NCBI GenBank assembly: GCA_003290465.1
Contig: CP030759.1
Coordinates: 1,988,572 to 2,052,571 of the forward strand
Length of the DNA stretch: 64,000 nt
Direction of reading: 5' to 3'
From: Candidatus Sumerlaea chitinivorans
Lineage (GTDB): Bacteria > Sumerlaeota > Sumerlaeia > Sumerlaeales > Sumerlaeaceae
Positions 41,887-51,479 of this stretch are shown one piece after another (the first letter of the stretch is position 1; the number at the start of each line of letters is the position of its first letter). The notes beneath the pieces are model-generated. The model did not search any database and was not told where the DNA came from. It saw nothing but the letters and a program-made list of their open reading frames with translations. Both the position numbers and the translations under genes were made by a program.

Positions 41887-42954
41887 TGTTGGGTCCCGGA
41901 CGATTGCGTGGTCTTTTTATGAAAATTTCAGGTTTTTCGGCGTACCATTTTTTCATGGCTTCAATGGGTGTGACATGGCCCAGGGCTTTCTGGGGGATGT
42001 GGTGATTGTACAGCCAGACGTAGCGTTGAATCGTCGCCTCCAACGCTTCGCGGCTGTCGAAGCGGTGGGTGGCGAGTACCTCGCTGATGCGCCCGTTGAA
42101 ACGTTCGACCATGCCGTTTGTCTGCGGATGGCGAGGCTTGGTCAGCCGGTGCTCGATCTCCAGCGCCTGGCACAGTTCATCGAAGGCATGCGCTCCTGTA
42201 GGGGTGCGCTCTCCCCGGGTAATGAAGCGGTCGGTGAACTCCTTGCCGTTGTCGGTGAGGATCGTATGCACCCGAAAGGGGGCGGCCTCGAGGAGCGCGT
42301 GCAGAAAGCGTCGGGCGTTGGCGGCCGTCTTCTCCGGGTAGATGGCCACGAACACCCAGCGCGTCGCCCGGTCGATGGCCACGAAGAGGTAGCGGCGTTT
42401 GTCCTCGTCGGGCATCTGCGGCAGGTACTTCACGTCCAGATGCACGAACCCCGGCTCATAGGACTTGAAGGGTTTGTGCCCAGGCTTTTCCGCTTTGGGC
42501 TGCAGGGCCTTGAGCGAACCGACGCCGTGGCGGCGCAGGCAGCGATCCAGGCCAGATCGAGAGACGTTCGGCGTGATGAATTCGCGCACCACCGCCAGCA
42601 GATCGTCCAAGGGCAGCATCAAGGTCTTGCGCAGCTCCACCACGACCGCCTCCTGAAACGGGGTCAGGTTCGTCTGCAGGCGATGCGCCGTGTGCGGACG
42701 ATCTTCGACGTCGGTGCGTTTCTTCCAACGCCGAATGGTGTCTTCCGACACCCCCAGTTCCCGGGCAAGGCGGCGCACCGGCAGGTTCGAGCTTTGGATG
42801 TAGCGCCGGGTCGCAGGGGTCGTGGTGGCGTTCTTGTGCAGTCGGACCATCATGACTGTTGCCTCCGTAGCTCCTCGATCAGCTCACGCATCGTCTCGCG
42901 ACCTATGAATAATGCACGACGTCGCGGATCAGTGCAATCGTCCCGGACCTGACA
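41887..42954 (-). mobile_element. IS481-family insertion sequence nested inside the ISPpu12-like element
   Basis: It is 1068 bp. Its ends are tgttgggtcccggacgattgcg and, reverse-complemented, tgtcaggtccgggacgattgca: TGT-initiated imperfect IRs. It is flanked by a 6-bp direct repeat, CCTATA (41881..41886 and 42955..42960). It encodes a 323-aa DDE transposase (41882..42853, -) with an N-terminal HTH and an rve core. Confidence 0.85.
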
Positions 42955-42967
42955 CCTATACAACACC

Positions 42968-44257
42968 ATGACCGAACTTCCCGACAACATCCTTCACCTG
43001 CCGCAATACCAAGTACTGGGCTGCAAATCAACCGACGACGAAATGCACTTCCAGGTGGACGTGCCCGATCCCATCGCCTGCGAGGAATGCGGCGTGCAGG
43101 GTGAGTTCGTACGGTTCGGCAAGCGTGACGTTCCCTATCGTGATCTGCCCATCCACGGCAAGCGGGTCACTCTCTGGGTGGTCCGCCGCCGATACACCTG
43201 CCGGGCCTGCAAGACAACATTCAGGCCCCAGCTACCGGAGATGGTGGACGGATTCCGTATGACACTGCGGCTGCATGAGTACGTGGAGAAGGAATCCTTC
43301 AACCACCCCTACACCTTTGTGGCGGCACAGACCGGCCTGGACGAGAAGACGGTGCGCGACATCTTCAACGCCCGCGCCGAGTTCCTGGGGCGCTGGCACC
43401 GCTTCGAGACGCCCCGCATCCTGGGCATTGACGAGCTATACCTGAACAAGCGCTACCGCTGCATTCTGACCAACATTGAGGAGCGAACCCTGCTCGACCT
43501 GCTGGCCACCCGCCGCCAGGACGTGGTGACCAACTACCTGATGAAGCTGAAAGACCGGCAGAAGGTCGAGATCGTCAGCATGGACATGTGGAACCCCTAC
43601 CGGGCAGCGGTCAAGGCTGTGCTGCCCCAGGCCCGTATCGTGGTCGATAAGTTCCATGTGGTGCGCATGGCCAACGATGCCCTAGAGAGAGTGCGCAAGG
43701 GCCTCAGAAAGGAGCTGAAACCGTCCCAGAGCCGGACTCTCAAGGGAGACCGGAAAATCCTGCTGAAACGCGCTCACGAAGTCTCAGACCGGGAGCGCCT
43801 CATCATGGAGACCTGGACAGGCGCGTTCCCGCAACTGCTGGCCGCCTACGAGCACAAGGAGCGCTTCTACGGCATCTGGGACGCCACCACACGGCTCCAG
43901 GCAGAAGCCGCCCTGGACGAGTGGATAGCCACCATCCCGAAGGGCCAAAAGGAAGTCTGGAGCGATCTGGTCAGGGCAGTGGGAAACTGGCGCGAAGAGA
44001 CCATGACCTACTTCGAGACGGACATGCCCGTCACCAACGCTTACACGGAGTCCATCAACCGACTGGCCAAGGACAAGAACCGTGAAGGGCGCGGTTACTC
44101 CTTCGAGGTGATGCGGGCACGAATGCTCTACACCACGAAGCACAAGAAGAAGGCACCGACTGCGAAGGTCTCTCCTTTCTACAAGAAAACCATCGGTTAC
44201 GGACTGCCGGACTTCGCAGAGGAACTCAACTACGGAGTCGATCTATCAACCATCTGA
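42968..44257 (+). CDS. tnpA: ISL3-family transposase
   Basis: 429 aa. It has an N-terminal zinc-ribbon (CEECG...CRAC) and DDE-domain regions typical of ISL3 elements such as IS1181 and ISPpu12. Confidence 0.9.
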   Translation: MTELPDNILHLPQYQVLGCKSTDDEMHFQVDVPDPIACEECGVQGEFVRFGKRDVPYRDLPIHGKRVTLWVVRRRYTCRACKTTFRPQLPEMVDGFRMTLRLHEYVEKESFNHPYTFVAAQTGLDEKTVRDIFNARAEFLGRWHRFETPRILGIDELYLNKRYRCILTNIEERTLLDLLATRRQDVVTNYLMKLKDRQKVEIVSMDMWNPYRAAVKAVLPQARIVVDKFHVVRMANDALERVRKGLRKELKPSQSRTLKGDRKILLKRAHEVSDRERLIMETWTGAFPQLLAAYEHKERFYGIWDATTRLQAEAALDEWIATIPKGQKEVWSDLVRAVGNWREETMTYFETDMPVTNAYTESINRLAKDKNREGRGYSFEVMRARMLYTTKHKKKAPTAKVSPFYKKTIGYGLPDFAEELNYGVDLSTI

Positions 44258-44374
44258 GGGTGGTATCAGATTGATGGGGTGAAGGTGCCCCATCAACCAT
44301 TAAATCCGTATACCCCTATTTCGTTGTTCAGCGTCGTGGTGCCCGTAAGCCCGCACGGGGCAGAAACCGTTGAG

Positions 44375-44707
44375 ATGAGGCACGGGTGGGATCTGATTGT
44401 CACGGGAGTGCAGTACGGGTCTGAAGTACGGGTTGGAGGACAATGGTACCCGATCGAACCGGGCAAAACTCTTTGCGTGCCTCGTCAAACTCCACACGCA
44501 TTTCGCCATCCTGCTGGATTGAGGGGGCATTTTTACGTGGCGTCACGGCCCGCCGGCCTCGAGCTGTACTTAGAGAAGATTGGGAAGAAGGAAATCGCCA
44601 CGGACGTCTTGAAAGTAATGCAAGATCCAGAACTGCGGGAAGCGGGTGGCCCCGTTGAAAACTTGAACGCCGAAACCACCGCCGAAGAGCGAAAAGAATC
44701 CGAATAA
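44375..44707 (+). CDS. Small cupin-like protein; start taken at MRHGWDL, downstream of the IS right end
   Basis: ~111 aa, with a beta-rich core (GQWYPIEPGKTLCVPRQTPHAF). The longer ORF from 44279 would begin inside the IS inverted repeat and is therefore unlikely. Confidence 0.45.
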   Translation: MRHGWDLIVTGVQYGSEVRVGGQWYPIEPGKTLCVPRQTPHAFRHPAGLRGHFYVASRPAGLELYLEKIGKKEIATDVLKVMQDPELREAGGPVENLNAETTAEERKESE

Positions 44708-45055
44708 CGCCCACTCCATACGGCCTCCTCTGCGGGGGGTGAAACGGACATCTCTTAGGCGAGGGCCGCCAACGTAAAAAAAGGGCAAACACAGGAGGGA
44801 CTACCCACGCTTTCGGATTCCTGAGAATTGGATTTTGTTCTGAGCCTTTCTTACGTTTCCACAAGCCAAAACACGCAGGCAGTCTGTTGGCGCGTTTTGG
44901 AGTTCGGTTTGCGCTAATCCTCTTCTGGCACAACCAGCATTCGATACGATTGCAAGGTTCTCAAACATGCCTGCGTACGCGTTCTTAGGCACATCGCCAC
45001 TCCCCAAAAAGCAGGCTCAGTTGGGGGTGACCTGTATCCCCGCGAGTGAGCTTGG

Positions 45056-46159
45056 TTACTCCTTCCACGGATTTGGCACATGGCAGCGGCGTCCTGTGCG
45101 GGCGATATAATCCTGATGATAATCCTCAGCCGGATAGAAGGTTTTCGCGGGTTCAACTTTCGTCACGATTCGCCGCCCTTTGTATTTGGGCGACTGCTGA
45201 AGCTCAGCGATGAAACGTTCGGCTTCGGCACGCTGCTCATCGTCCACCACCCAAATCCCCGCTCGATATTGATCGCCGATGTCCGGCCCTTGGCCACCCT
45301 CTTGGGTTGGATCGTGCATTTTGAAAAATGCTTCGAGCAGCTGGCGGAAACTAATGCGCTTGGGATCGTATACCACTTTGACCGTTTCAGCGTGGCCGGT
45401 TAGCCCAGTGCACACCTGCTCGTAGGTGGGGTTGGGCACGTGCCCCTGCATGTAACCGCTTTGGGCATCCAGAACGCCGGGGCCTTGCTGGAAGTAGTGT
45501 TCAATCCCCCAGAAACATCCGCCTGCAAAATAGGCAACTTTGGTGGCAACTGGCTGGCTTTCGGGTGGCAGAGCTTGCCCTTCGGGGATGAACTTGAGTG
45601 CGGCTGAGTTCAGGCAGTGGCGTTCGCCTGTTGGGGGCGGGCCGTCATCAAAAACATGGCCAAGGTGCGCGCCACAGCGGGTACACACAATTTCAGTTCG
45701 TACCATGCCGTAGGAATTGTCGGGCCGACGTGTCACATGGTCCGGATCGAACTCGCGCCAGAAGCTTGGCCAACCAGTCCCGGAATGAAACTTGTGTTCG
45801 CTGGAGAACAATGGTAGGCCACAAACGACGCACGCGTAGATACCACTCTCTTTGTGGTCCGTGAAGCGACCGCAGAAGGGGGGTTCTGTTCCAGCACGTT
45901 GCGTCACGCGATACGCTTCGGGGTCTAATTTCGCAGCGAGGCGCTCCACCTCGGCGCGCTCAAGCGGAGTGATGTCGTAACCGGACTTCGAGTAACGGAT
46001 TTTCGACACAGTGGTTTCCTCCTTCGAAGAGGGGCTCGTCAGCCCAGTGCCTTTGGCCAGAGCGTATTGCGCAAGGAACAGCACAAGAGCAACCCAACAG
46101 GCTTGGCACAGCTTGCCTACTACGCCCCGTCGCAGAATTCGTGAGCTCGAGTGCAGCAT
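45056..46159 (-). CDS. msrAB: Secreted bifunctional peptide-methionine sulfoxide reductase MsrB-MsrA
   Basis: It has a signal/TM leader. The MsrB zinc motifs are CVVCGLPLF...CTRCGAHLGHVF. The MsrA active site is GGCFWG. Confidence 0.9.
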   Translation of the reverse strand: MLHSSSRILRRGVVGKLCQACWVALVLFLAQYALAKGTGLTSPSSKEETTVSKIRYSKSGYDITPLERAEVERLAAKLDPEAYRVTQRAGTEPPFCGRFTDHKESGIYACVVCGLPLFSSEHKFHSGTGWPSFWREFDPDHVTRRPDNSYGMVRTEIVCTRCGAHLGHVFDDGPPPTGERHCLNSAALKFIPEGQALPPESQPVATKVAYFAGGCFWGIEHYFQQGPGVLDAQSGYMQGHVPNPTYEQVCTGLTGHAETVKVVYDPKRISFRQLLEAFFKMHDPTQEGGQGPDIGDQYRAGIWVVDDEQRAEAERFIAELQQSPKYKGRRIVTKVEPAKTFYPAEDYHQDYIARTGRRCHVPNPWKE

Positions 46160-46406
46160 TCAAACGGATGATACAGGACGGATTTGGTTCTATGCAATAG
46201 CGCATCGGGGAGAGTATGCTGCAATGGATTCCCGCAAGAGATGCGTGCACGTCTTAGGAGAGTGGAAATAACCGTGACGTGAGTTTAGTGGGGCAATAGC
46301 TTCACGGCACCCAGCTAAACGGTCTCACAGGGGGCCACCGACAGCAACAACTCAGTCTGCCCGATCCCTCGTTCGCTCATGAAGGGGCGGCGACGGCTCC
46401 TTTAGG

Positions 46407-47861
46407 CTACGGAAGCATGGTCTCGCCCATCAGCCAGCGATCCACGCCTTTGGCGGCTTGTCTCCCCTCGCTGATGGCCCAAACAACCAACGATTGTCCA
46501 CGGCGCATGTCACCGGCCGAGAAAACACCCTCGATGTTCGTCATGTAATTGGCATCCGTCGCAACGTTGCCCCGCGCATCGAGGTTGCAGCCCAACTGAC
46601 TGATCGGACCATTTGTTTCCGGACCAAGGAAGCCCATTGCCAGCAGCACAAGGTCCACGTCGAGCGTGAATTCACTGCCTGGAATTTCCTTCATCACAGG
46701 TCGGCCGCTAATTGGGTCCTTTGTCCATTCCAGCCGCACTGCGTGGAGCTTCTGGACCTTTCCGTTTTCGCCGGAGAACGCTTTTGTGGAAATGCTCCAC
46801 TCGCGGGTAAGCTTGCCCACCGCTTCCCCTTCCTCATGGGAAGTCGAAGTGCGCAGGATCATGGGGTAAGTCGGCCACGGCATGTCCGGCGTGCGTGTTT
46901 CAGGCGGACGAGGAAGTAGCTCAAACTGATGTACAGACACCGCACCTTGGCGCAGCGCGGTCCCCACGCAGTCACTCCCAGTGTCGCCACCGCCGATCAC
47001 CACCACGCGCTTATCTTTAGCTGTAATATCGCGAAGGCCCGCCAAGGAATCCCCTGCGACGCGCTTATTCTGCAATGGCAGATACTCCATTGCAAAGTGG
47101 ATCCCGTCGAGCTCGCGCCCCGGTACCGGTAGATCGCGCGGCTTCGTTGCCCCGCCACAAAGCACGATTGCATCAAAATTTCGTCGCAGTTCGTCCACAG
47201 GAACATCGAACCCAACGTTGGCATTTGTGACGAACGTGATCCCTTCCTCAGCAAGGAGGTTGAGCCGACGCTCGACAATCCATTTCTCTAACTTGAAGTC
47301 GGGGATACCGTAAGTGAGCAAGCCGCCAACGCGATCGGCGCGTTCAAAGACTGTAACGAAATGCCCCGCACGGTTGAGCTGCTGCGCGCATGCGAGGCCG
47401 GCGGGCCCACTCCCCACGATCGCAACTCGTTTGCCTGTGCGGGACTTTGGCGGCATAGGCCGCACCCACCCTTCGCGAAAGGCGTGATCAATGACGGCAA
47501 GCTCGATCTGTTTGATGGTCACTGGATCGTCGTTGATGCCAAGGACGCACGCCGCTTCGCAGGGGGCGGGACATACCCAGCCGGTAAACTCTGGGAAGTT
47601 ATTCGTGGCATGGAGGATATCAATGGCCTCACGCCAGCGGTTGCGATAGGCAAGGTCATTCCAGTCCGGAATGATGTTTCCAAGCGGGCACCCTTTGTGG
47701 CAGAAGGGGATGCCACAATCCATACACCGAGCCCCTTGCTGCTGGACAAGGTCCTCGGGCGCATCCAAATACACCTGCTTGTAATCTTTGAGCCGTTCGA
47801 CGGGGTCGCGCCGCTCGGTCATTTTGCGGCGAATCTCAAGAAATCCAGTGACCTTACCCAT
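46407..47861 (-). CDS. gltD: Glutamate synthase small (beta) subunit-like NADPH oxidoreductase (GltD family)
   Basis: 484 aa. It has N-terminal Fe-S cysteines ([14 protein letters not shown]), then an FAD/NAD Rossmann motif [11 protein letters not shown]. No gltB is adjacent. Confidence 0.8.
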   Translation of the reverse strand: MGKVTGFLEIRRKMTERRDPVERLKDYKQVYLDAPEDLVQQQGARCMDCGIPFCHKGCPLGNIIPDWNDLAYRNRWREAIDILHATNNFPEFTGWVCPAPCEAACVLGINDDPVTIKQIELAVIDHAFREGWVRPMPPKSRTGKRVAIVGSGPAGLACAQQLNRAGHFVTVFERADRVGGLLTYGIPDFKLEKWIVERRLNLLAEEGITFVTNANVGFDVPVDELRRNFDAIVLCGGATKPRDLPVPGRELDGIHFAMEYLPLQNKRVAGDSLAGLRDITAKDKRVVVIGGGDTGSDCVGTALRQGAVSVHQFELLPRPPETRTPDMPWPTYPMILRTSTSHEEGEAVGKLTREWSISTKAFSGENGKVQKLHAVRLEWTKDPISGRPVMKEIPGSEFTLDVDLVLLAMGFLGPETNGPISQLGCNLDARGNVATDANYMTNIEGVFSAGDMRRGQSLVVWAISEGRQAAKGVDRWLMGETMLP

Positions 47862-48035
47862 CTTGTCGTGTTGCTCCTCGACGAATGGTGTTATCGTTCG
47901 TTACATGACAGAAATTCTGAAATTCTGGAATGGCCGAAACGAATGGAGTCGCTACGGGCAGAAAAATAAAGATCTTACGGGGGCTCTGCGCGCAAAGATC
48001 AGGTCCGAACGGAGACCGGCGGGCTTGCCCACGCC

Positions 48036-48959
48036 TTAGCCGTGGAGCTGACGCAGATTTGCCAAGTGCCTCTTTGCTCGATCCACGTGCTTCTGATCGC
48101 CCCGCTGCTGCGCCACCCGAAGCACAATTTCCCACTGCTCAATTGCTTTGGGAATCCACGATGGTTGCTTCTCGTACACGATGGCGAGGTTGTTGAGCGC
48201 AGGCAAGTACTCGGGATCAATGCGCAACGCTTTCTCGTACTCGAGCACTGCCATGTCGTAATTGCCCACTCGCATGTACTCGACCGCCTTTCGGCAATGC
48301 TCCTCAATCATCTCTTTATTGGAGCGGACTGCGGAGTCTAAGGACGCAAAAGCATCCGCGGCACCGCCGACGCCTTCCCCGACGGGCGGTCGGACCGACG
48401 CGGCGAAGGGGCGCGGCGCATGGGGAGGAGGCGGAGGAGGCACCTCTGGTTGCAGCGGGGGCCGGGATTCCACAGATGGAGCAGGTCGTGCCGGGGAACT
48501 GGCGCCAACTGCAGGGGGTGCTTGGGCCGGTGTGATCTCACTGATAAGTCCAGAATCGAAGGCTTTCACGCGTTCGGCAGCTCCGGCTCCAACGCGGTTC
48601 TGAGGTTGGACCATCTGCGCTTTCAGCAAATCCGCCTCTGCGCCGGTGAGGATATCAAAGATTCCATCGAGTTTGGAGATGTAAAGGATGTCGGCGACCG
48701 CACGCGAGGGTTGGAGGAGAATGATACGAGCTTTGTTCTTGCTGGCGGTCATCTTGAAACCCACCAACACCCCAAGCCCAGCACTATCGATATACTCCAC
48801 CTTCGATAAGTCGAGGATAAGTTGTTCGATGCCTTTCCGAATATAGGGCAGACATAGGGATTTCAGCCGGTCACATTCTTCGAGCACAATGCGACCGCGC
48901 AAAAGGATATAGACATCTGCGCGTTGCTGGTAGATTTCAATTTCGAGGTTCTCTGGCAA
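48036..48959 (-). CDS. STAS-domain (anti-sigma-factor-antagonist-like) protein fused to a Pro-rich linker and a C-terminal TPR region
   Basis: The N-terminus has the SpoIIAA-like fold (...LDLSKVEYIDSAGLGVLVGF). The C-terminus has TPR-like helices (AVEYMRVGNYDMAVLEYEKALRIDPEY). Confidence 0.65.
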   Translation of the reverse strand: MPENLEIEIYQQRADVYILLRGRIVLEECDRLKSLCLPYIRKGIEQLILDLSKVEYIDSAGLGVLVGFKMTASKNKARIILLQPSRAVADILYISKLDGIFDILTGAEADLLKAQMVQPQNRVGAGAAERVKAFDSGLISEITPAQAPPAVGASSPARPAPSVESRPPLQPEVPPPPPPHAPRPFAASVRPPVGEGVGGAADAFASLDSAVRSNKEMIEEHCRKAVEYMRVGNYDMAVLEYEKALRIDPEYLPALNNLAIVYEKQPSWIPKAIEQWEIVLRVAQQRGDQKHVDRAKRHLANLRQLHG

Positions 48960-48962
48960 AGG

Positions 48963-49151
48963 TCATTCACCTTCCTGCAATGGTTTCGCTTCCTCAATCA
49001 GAAGGTTGGGGATGTCATCCACGATCTCATAGCGCAACTTACAAGCGCGGCAAATGAGGGCGTCCCCTTTACCATCGGCTGTTTGGCGATACTCCAATTC
49101 GCCCTTGCATTTGGGGCAAGCTAAGATATCCAGAAAATCTTTCGACAGCAT
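48963..49151 (-). CDS. Trm112/UPF0434 family small zinc-ribbon protein
   Basis: 62 aa. It contains LDILACPKCKG...CRAC. Confidence 0.7.
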   Translation of the reverse strand: MLSKDFLDILACPKCKGELEYRQTADGKGDALICRACKLRYEIVDDIPNLLIEEAKPLQEGE

Positions 49152-49163
49152 GGTCTCCGCCTA

Positions 49164-50537
49164 CTATTTCAATGCGTTCAAGTCCGTAATCAACTCGACG
49201 GTCATCGAGGTATTCAACTCACCCTTCTCGTCGGCGTAAATATATAGATCGTCTATTGCGTACGTCCGGGGGCTATGCGTCAAGTCGAATAGGAACTTCA
49301 CAAGATTCACATTGCTGGAACGCAGATAGATTTCAAGGCCCCCAGCATTCCCAATCTGCTTCGAGGGATCAGGTGTGGCAACGGCTTGACGCGCCATCAT
49401 GGCGCCAGCCGGACCCATGCCGGGCCCCATCCCCGGTTCCAGCGCCACGTCGAACCCCAGCACCCCCTGGCGCGGCATGCCTGCCGGAGGCCCCTGAGGC
49501 GTCGCTTCGGGGGTGGGGGTGGCTCCGGGCACGCGGCGCACGGCTTTCTCGATTAGGGACGGCTTGAGCATCACCACTCGGTAAATTTCAAGAATCCCGT
49601 GCTTTTCCGCTAATTTGACAATGTCAACCAAGGCTGCGAGTTCCTTGTTGGTCACCACAATGCCGTGGTCCGTGGGATAGAACTTCGGGTAAATCTCAAG
49701 AATCTCACGCAACTCTTCTTTGGTGATCTCGGTCGCAGGATCACGTTTTTCCCAAATAAGTTCGGAAACCCACAATCGTTTGAAGACCGGCAGTAGCACC
49801 CCAAAACGATTCAAACTATAGGGATTGGGCAACACCTGAATGTTATATTGCCGAAGAGTTGCGTCCAGGTATTCTTTGAACTTAGGATCATTGAAAAAGA
49901 TGTATCCGAGGCCGGAATAGGGAACCACCCAATCACTGACTTCGTCTGGAGGCAAACCCAACTCACTCAGCAAACGATTATATTCCGCGCGCACTCGCAG
50001 CTTCTCATCTGGTTTTGCCAAACGCTCAACGAATTTGAAGCGCTCGCGCAGCTTCGTGACATTGTCCCAGATCGCCCCAGTTCCACCCCGTTGCGCCTGC
50101 GGCAACTGTGCTGGCAGATTCCAAGCTTCCTGAATGCCTCGGGGCTTACGGTTGTCGAGGAAGGTCAGTTGTGGAGTCTTCACTCGCGCGCGCATTTCCA
50201 CGAGTTCACGCAGGTACCCCAGCGTATCCTGCATTCGCTTCTCGACCGCCTCAGGCTTCAAGCTTCCATAGTGTTTGGGAATGTCGAGTTGGAGCTCGGC
50301 CACCAAACTTGTGATTTCGGCGTCGTAGGCGAGTGTCTTGGCTTTGAAGTCCTCCAATTGTTTCGGAGATTGGAGCACTTCCGTGTCGCGCAACTGCGCT
50401 ACTCCCTGCTCGTACTCGTTTTTCACACGCGCAAATTCTGTCGAGCGTGGATTGAAGATCAGGACGTGCACCAAAAAGATGGCGAGCGCAGTGCCGACGA
50501 ACAGCACCACCATCTGTTCGCGTTTGCCAAAAGTCAT
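49164..50537 (-). CDS. Hypothetical protein with a single N-terminal TM helix
   Basis: 457 aa. It has the hydrophobic segment MVVLFVGTALAIFLVHVLIF and no recognisable catalytic motif. It has a Pro/Gly/Met-rich linker near residue 330. Confidence 0.45.
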   Translation of the reverse strand: MTFGKREQMVVLFVGTALAIFLVHVLIFNPRSTEFARVKNEYEQGVAQLRDTEVLQSPKQLEDFKAKTLAYDAEITSLVAELQLDIPKHYGSLKPEAVEKRMQDTLGYLRELVEMRARVKTPQLTFLDNRKPRGIQEAWNLPAQLPQAQRGGTGAIWDNVTKLRERFKFVERLAKPDEKLRVRAEYNRLLSELGLPPDEVSDWVVPYSGLGYIFFNDPKFKEYLDATLRQYNIQVLPNPYSLNRFGVLLPVFKRLWVSELIWEKRDPATEITKEELREILEIYPKFYPTDHGIVVTNKELAALVDIVKLAEKHGILEIYRVVMLKPSLIEKAVRRVPGATPTPEATPQGPPAGMPRQGVLGFDVALEPGMGPGMGPAGAMMARQAVATPDPSKQIGNAGGLEIYLRSSNVNLVKFLFDLTHSPRTYAIDDLYIYADEKGELNTSMTVELITDLNALK

Positions 50538-50805
50538 GAGAGCTTGGCTTCCCTACGTTTTTTTAAGAATTTCGAAACTCTATCGAGACACGGCCGATGG
50601 GCAAGCGGCAAGAAAATTCGCAGAGGCGTCGGAGCGCTGTCCGGTACCTCGGGCTTACTAACCGCAAATGCCCTAACACTCGTGCTTGCTGAAGACGCAC
50701 CTCACGCATGTTTCTGCCCGATAAGCACGTCAAGCTTTGACAATCTGTAAACGCTTTCCTTAAACAATATCCTCAGCGCATCGTAGATAAGGAACCTTTG
50801 CCGAA

Positions 50806-51465
50806 ATGGGAAAACGTCGCACACGCTGGTCTGTTCAGGCAGTATTCTTTGCCGCTTTGTTGCTGGTAAAGGTCGGTGCATTTGCGCAGTTTGAAGGTTG
50901 GCACCGCGATCTGGGCTCTGCCCGTGCCGAGGCAAAACAGCGCCAAGTGCCATTATTGATTGTGTTTGTTCACGAAGGGTGCCCTGTCTGCACGGAACTC
51001 GAATCCCACTTGGCGAAGAGTCGCGCCCGACAGGCCCTTGCGCCCCTCGCAAAAGTGGTGCTCGAGTTTATGGAAAACCGTGGTCTTGCTGCCCGCTATG
51101 GGGTGGACGCAACCCCAACTATTCTCGTCTACTGCCCATCTGGGGAGTGCATCTATCGCTACGAAGGATCTCTTTCGTCGGCAGGATTGGCTGCGCTTGC
51201 TCGTAGGGCTTTAGCATCCTGCTCCCGAACAGAGGCAGGTGAAGCTGATCGCACGAAATCGAATCCAGCATCCCCCACGCAAGCGCTGGGTGCCGCCAAG
51301 AGTGGCACTAGGTCAACTGTCTCCGAGACTCTCCGCGAGTTGCGAGCCCGTCTCTCCCGCGCGCCGCGCCACCGGATTGAGCAAAAAGACCCTTCAAGCG
51401 CTACTCTGCGGTACGTTCATTATAAAACCCACGGCATTCAACTTACCCTGAAACGGACAAGATGA
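50806..51465 (+). CDS. Secreted thioredoxin-fold protein (CPVC motif)
   Basis: It has a signal peptide and contains VFVHEGCPVCTEL. Confidence 0.6.
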   Translation: MGKRRTRWSVQAVFFAALLLVKVGAFAQFEGWHRDLGSARAEAKQRQVPLLIVFVHEGCPVCTELESHLAKSRARQALAPLAKVVLEFMENRGLAARYGVDATPTILVYCPSGECIYRYEGSLSSAGLAALARRALASCSRTEAGEADRTKSNPASPTQALGAAKSGTRSTVSETLRELRARLSRAPRHRIEQKDPSSATLRYVHYKTHGIQLTLKRTR

Positions 51466-51479
51466 ATAAGGTCCGAGGC

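Larger units (their letters stand above)
39870..44305 (+). mobile_element. Complete ISL3-family insertion sequence of the ISPpu12 type, carrying passenger genes merR-like, cdf and lspA, with a nested IS481-family element
   Basis: The terminal IRs are gggtaagcggattaaatggttgat (39870..39893) and atcaaccattaaatccgtataccc (44282..44305), matching at 21 of 24 positions. They are flanked by a perfect 8-bp direct repeat, CTATTTCG, at 39862..39869 and 44306..44313. Confidence 0.9.

Noticed and set aside
41975-42952. 325-aa ORF antisense to the IS481 transposase
   Set aside because: It is a mirror-frame artefact of the GC-rich transposase gene. The transposase on the minus strand has clear HTH and DDE features.
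41867-42960. Apparent 9-bp direct repeat tgacaccta flanking the IS481 element
   Set aside because: On closer alignment, the right-hand copy is part of the element's own terminal inverted repeat (ctgaca, complementary to the left-end tgttg.../TGT terminus). The true target duplication is the 6-bp CCTATA immediately outside both IRs.
44279-44374. N-terminal 32 codons of the 142-aa ORF downstream of the IS
   Set aside because: This part of the ORF starts inside the right inverted repeat of the ISL3 element. It is therefore unlikely to be native coding sequence, and the internal Met at 44375 was used instead.
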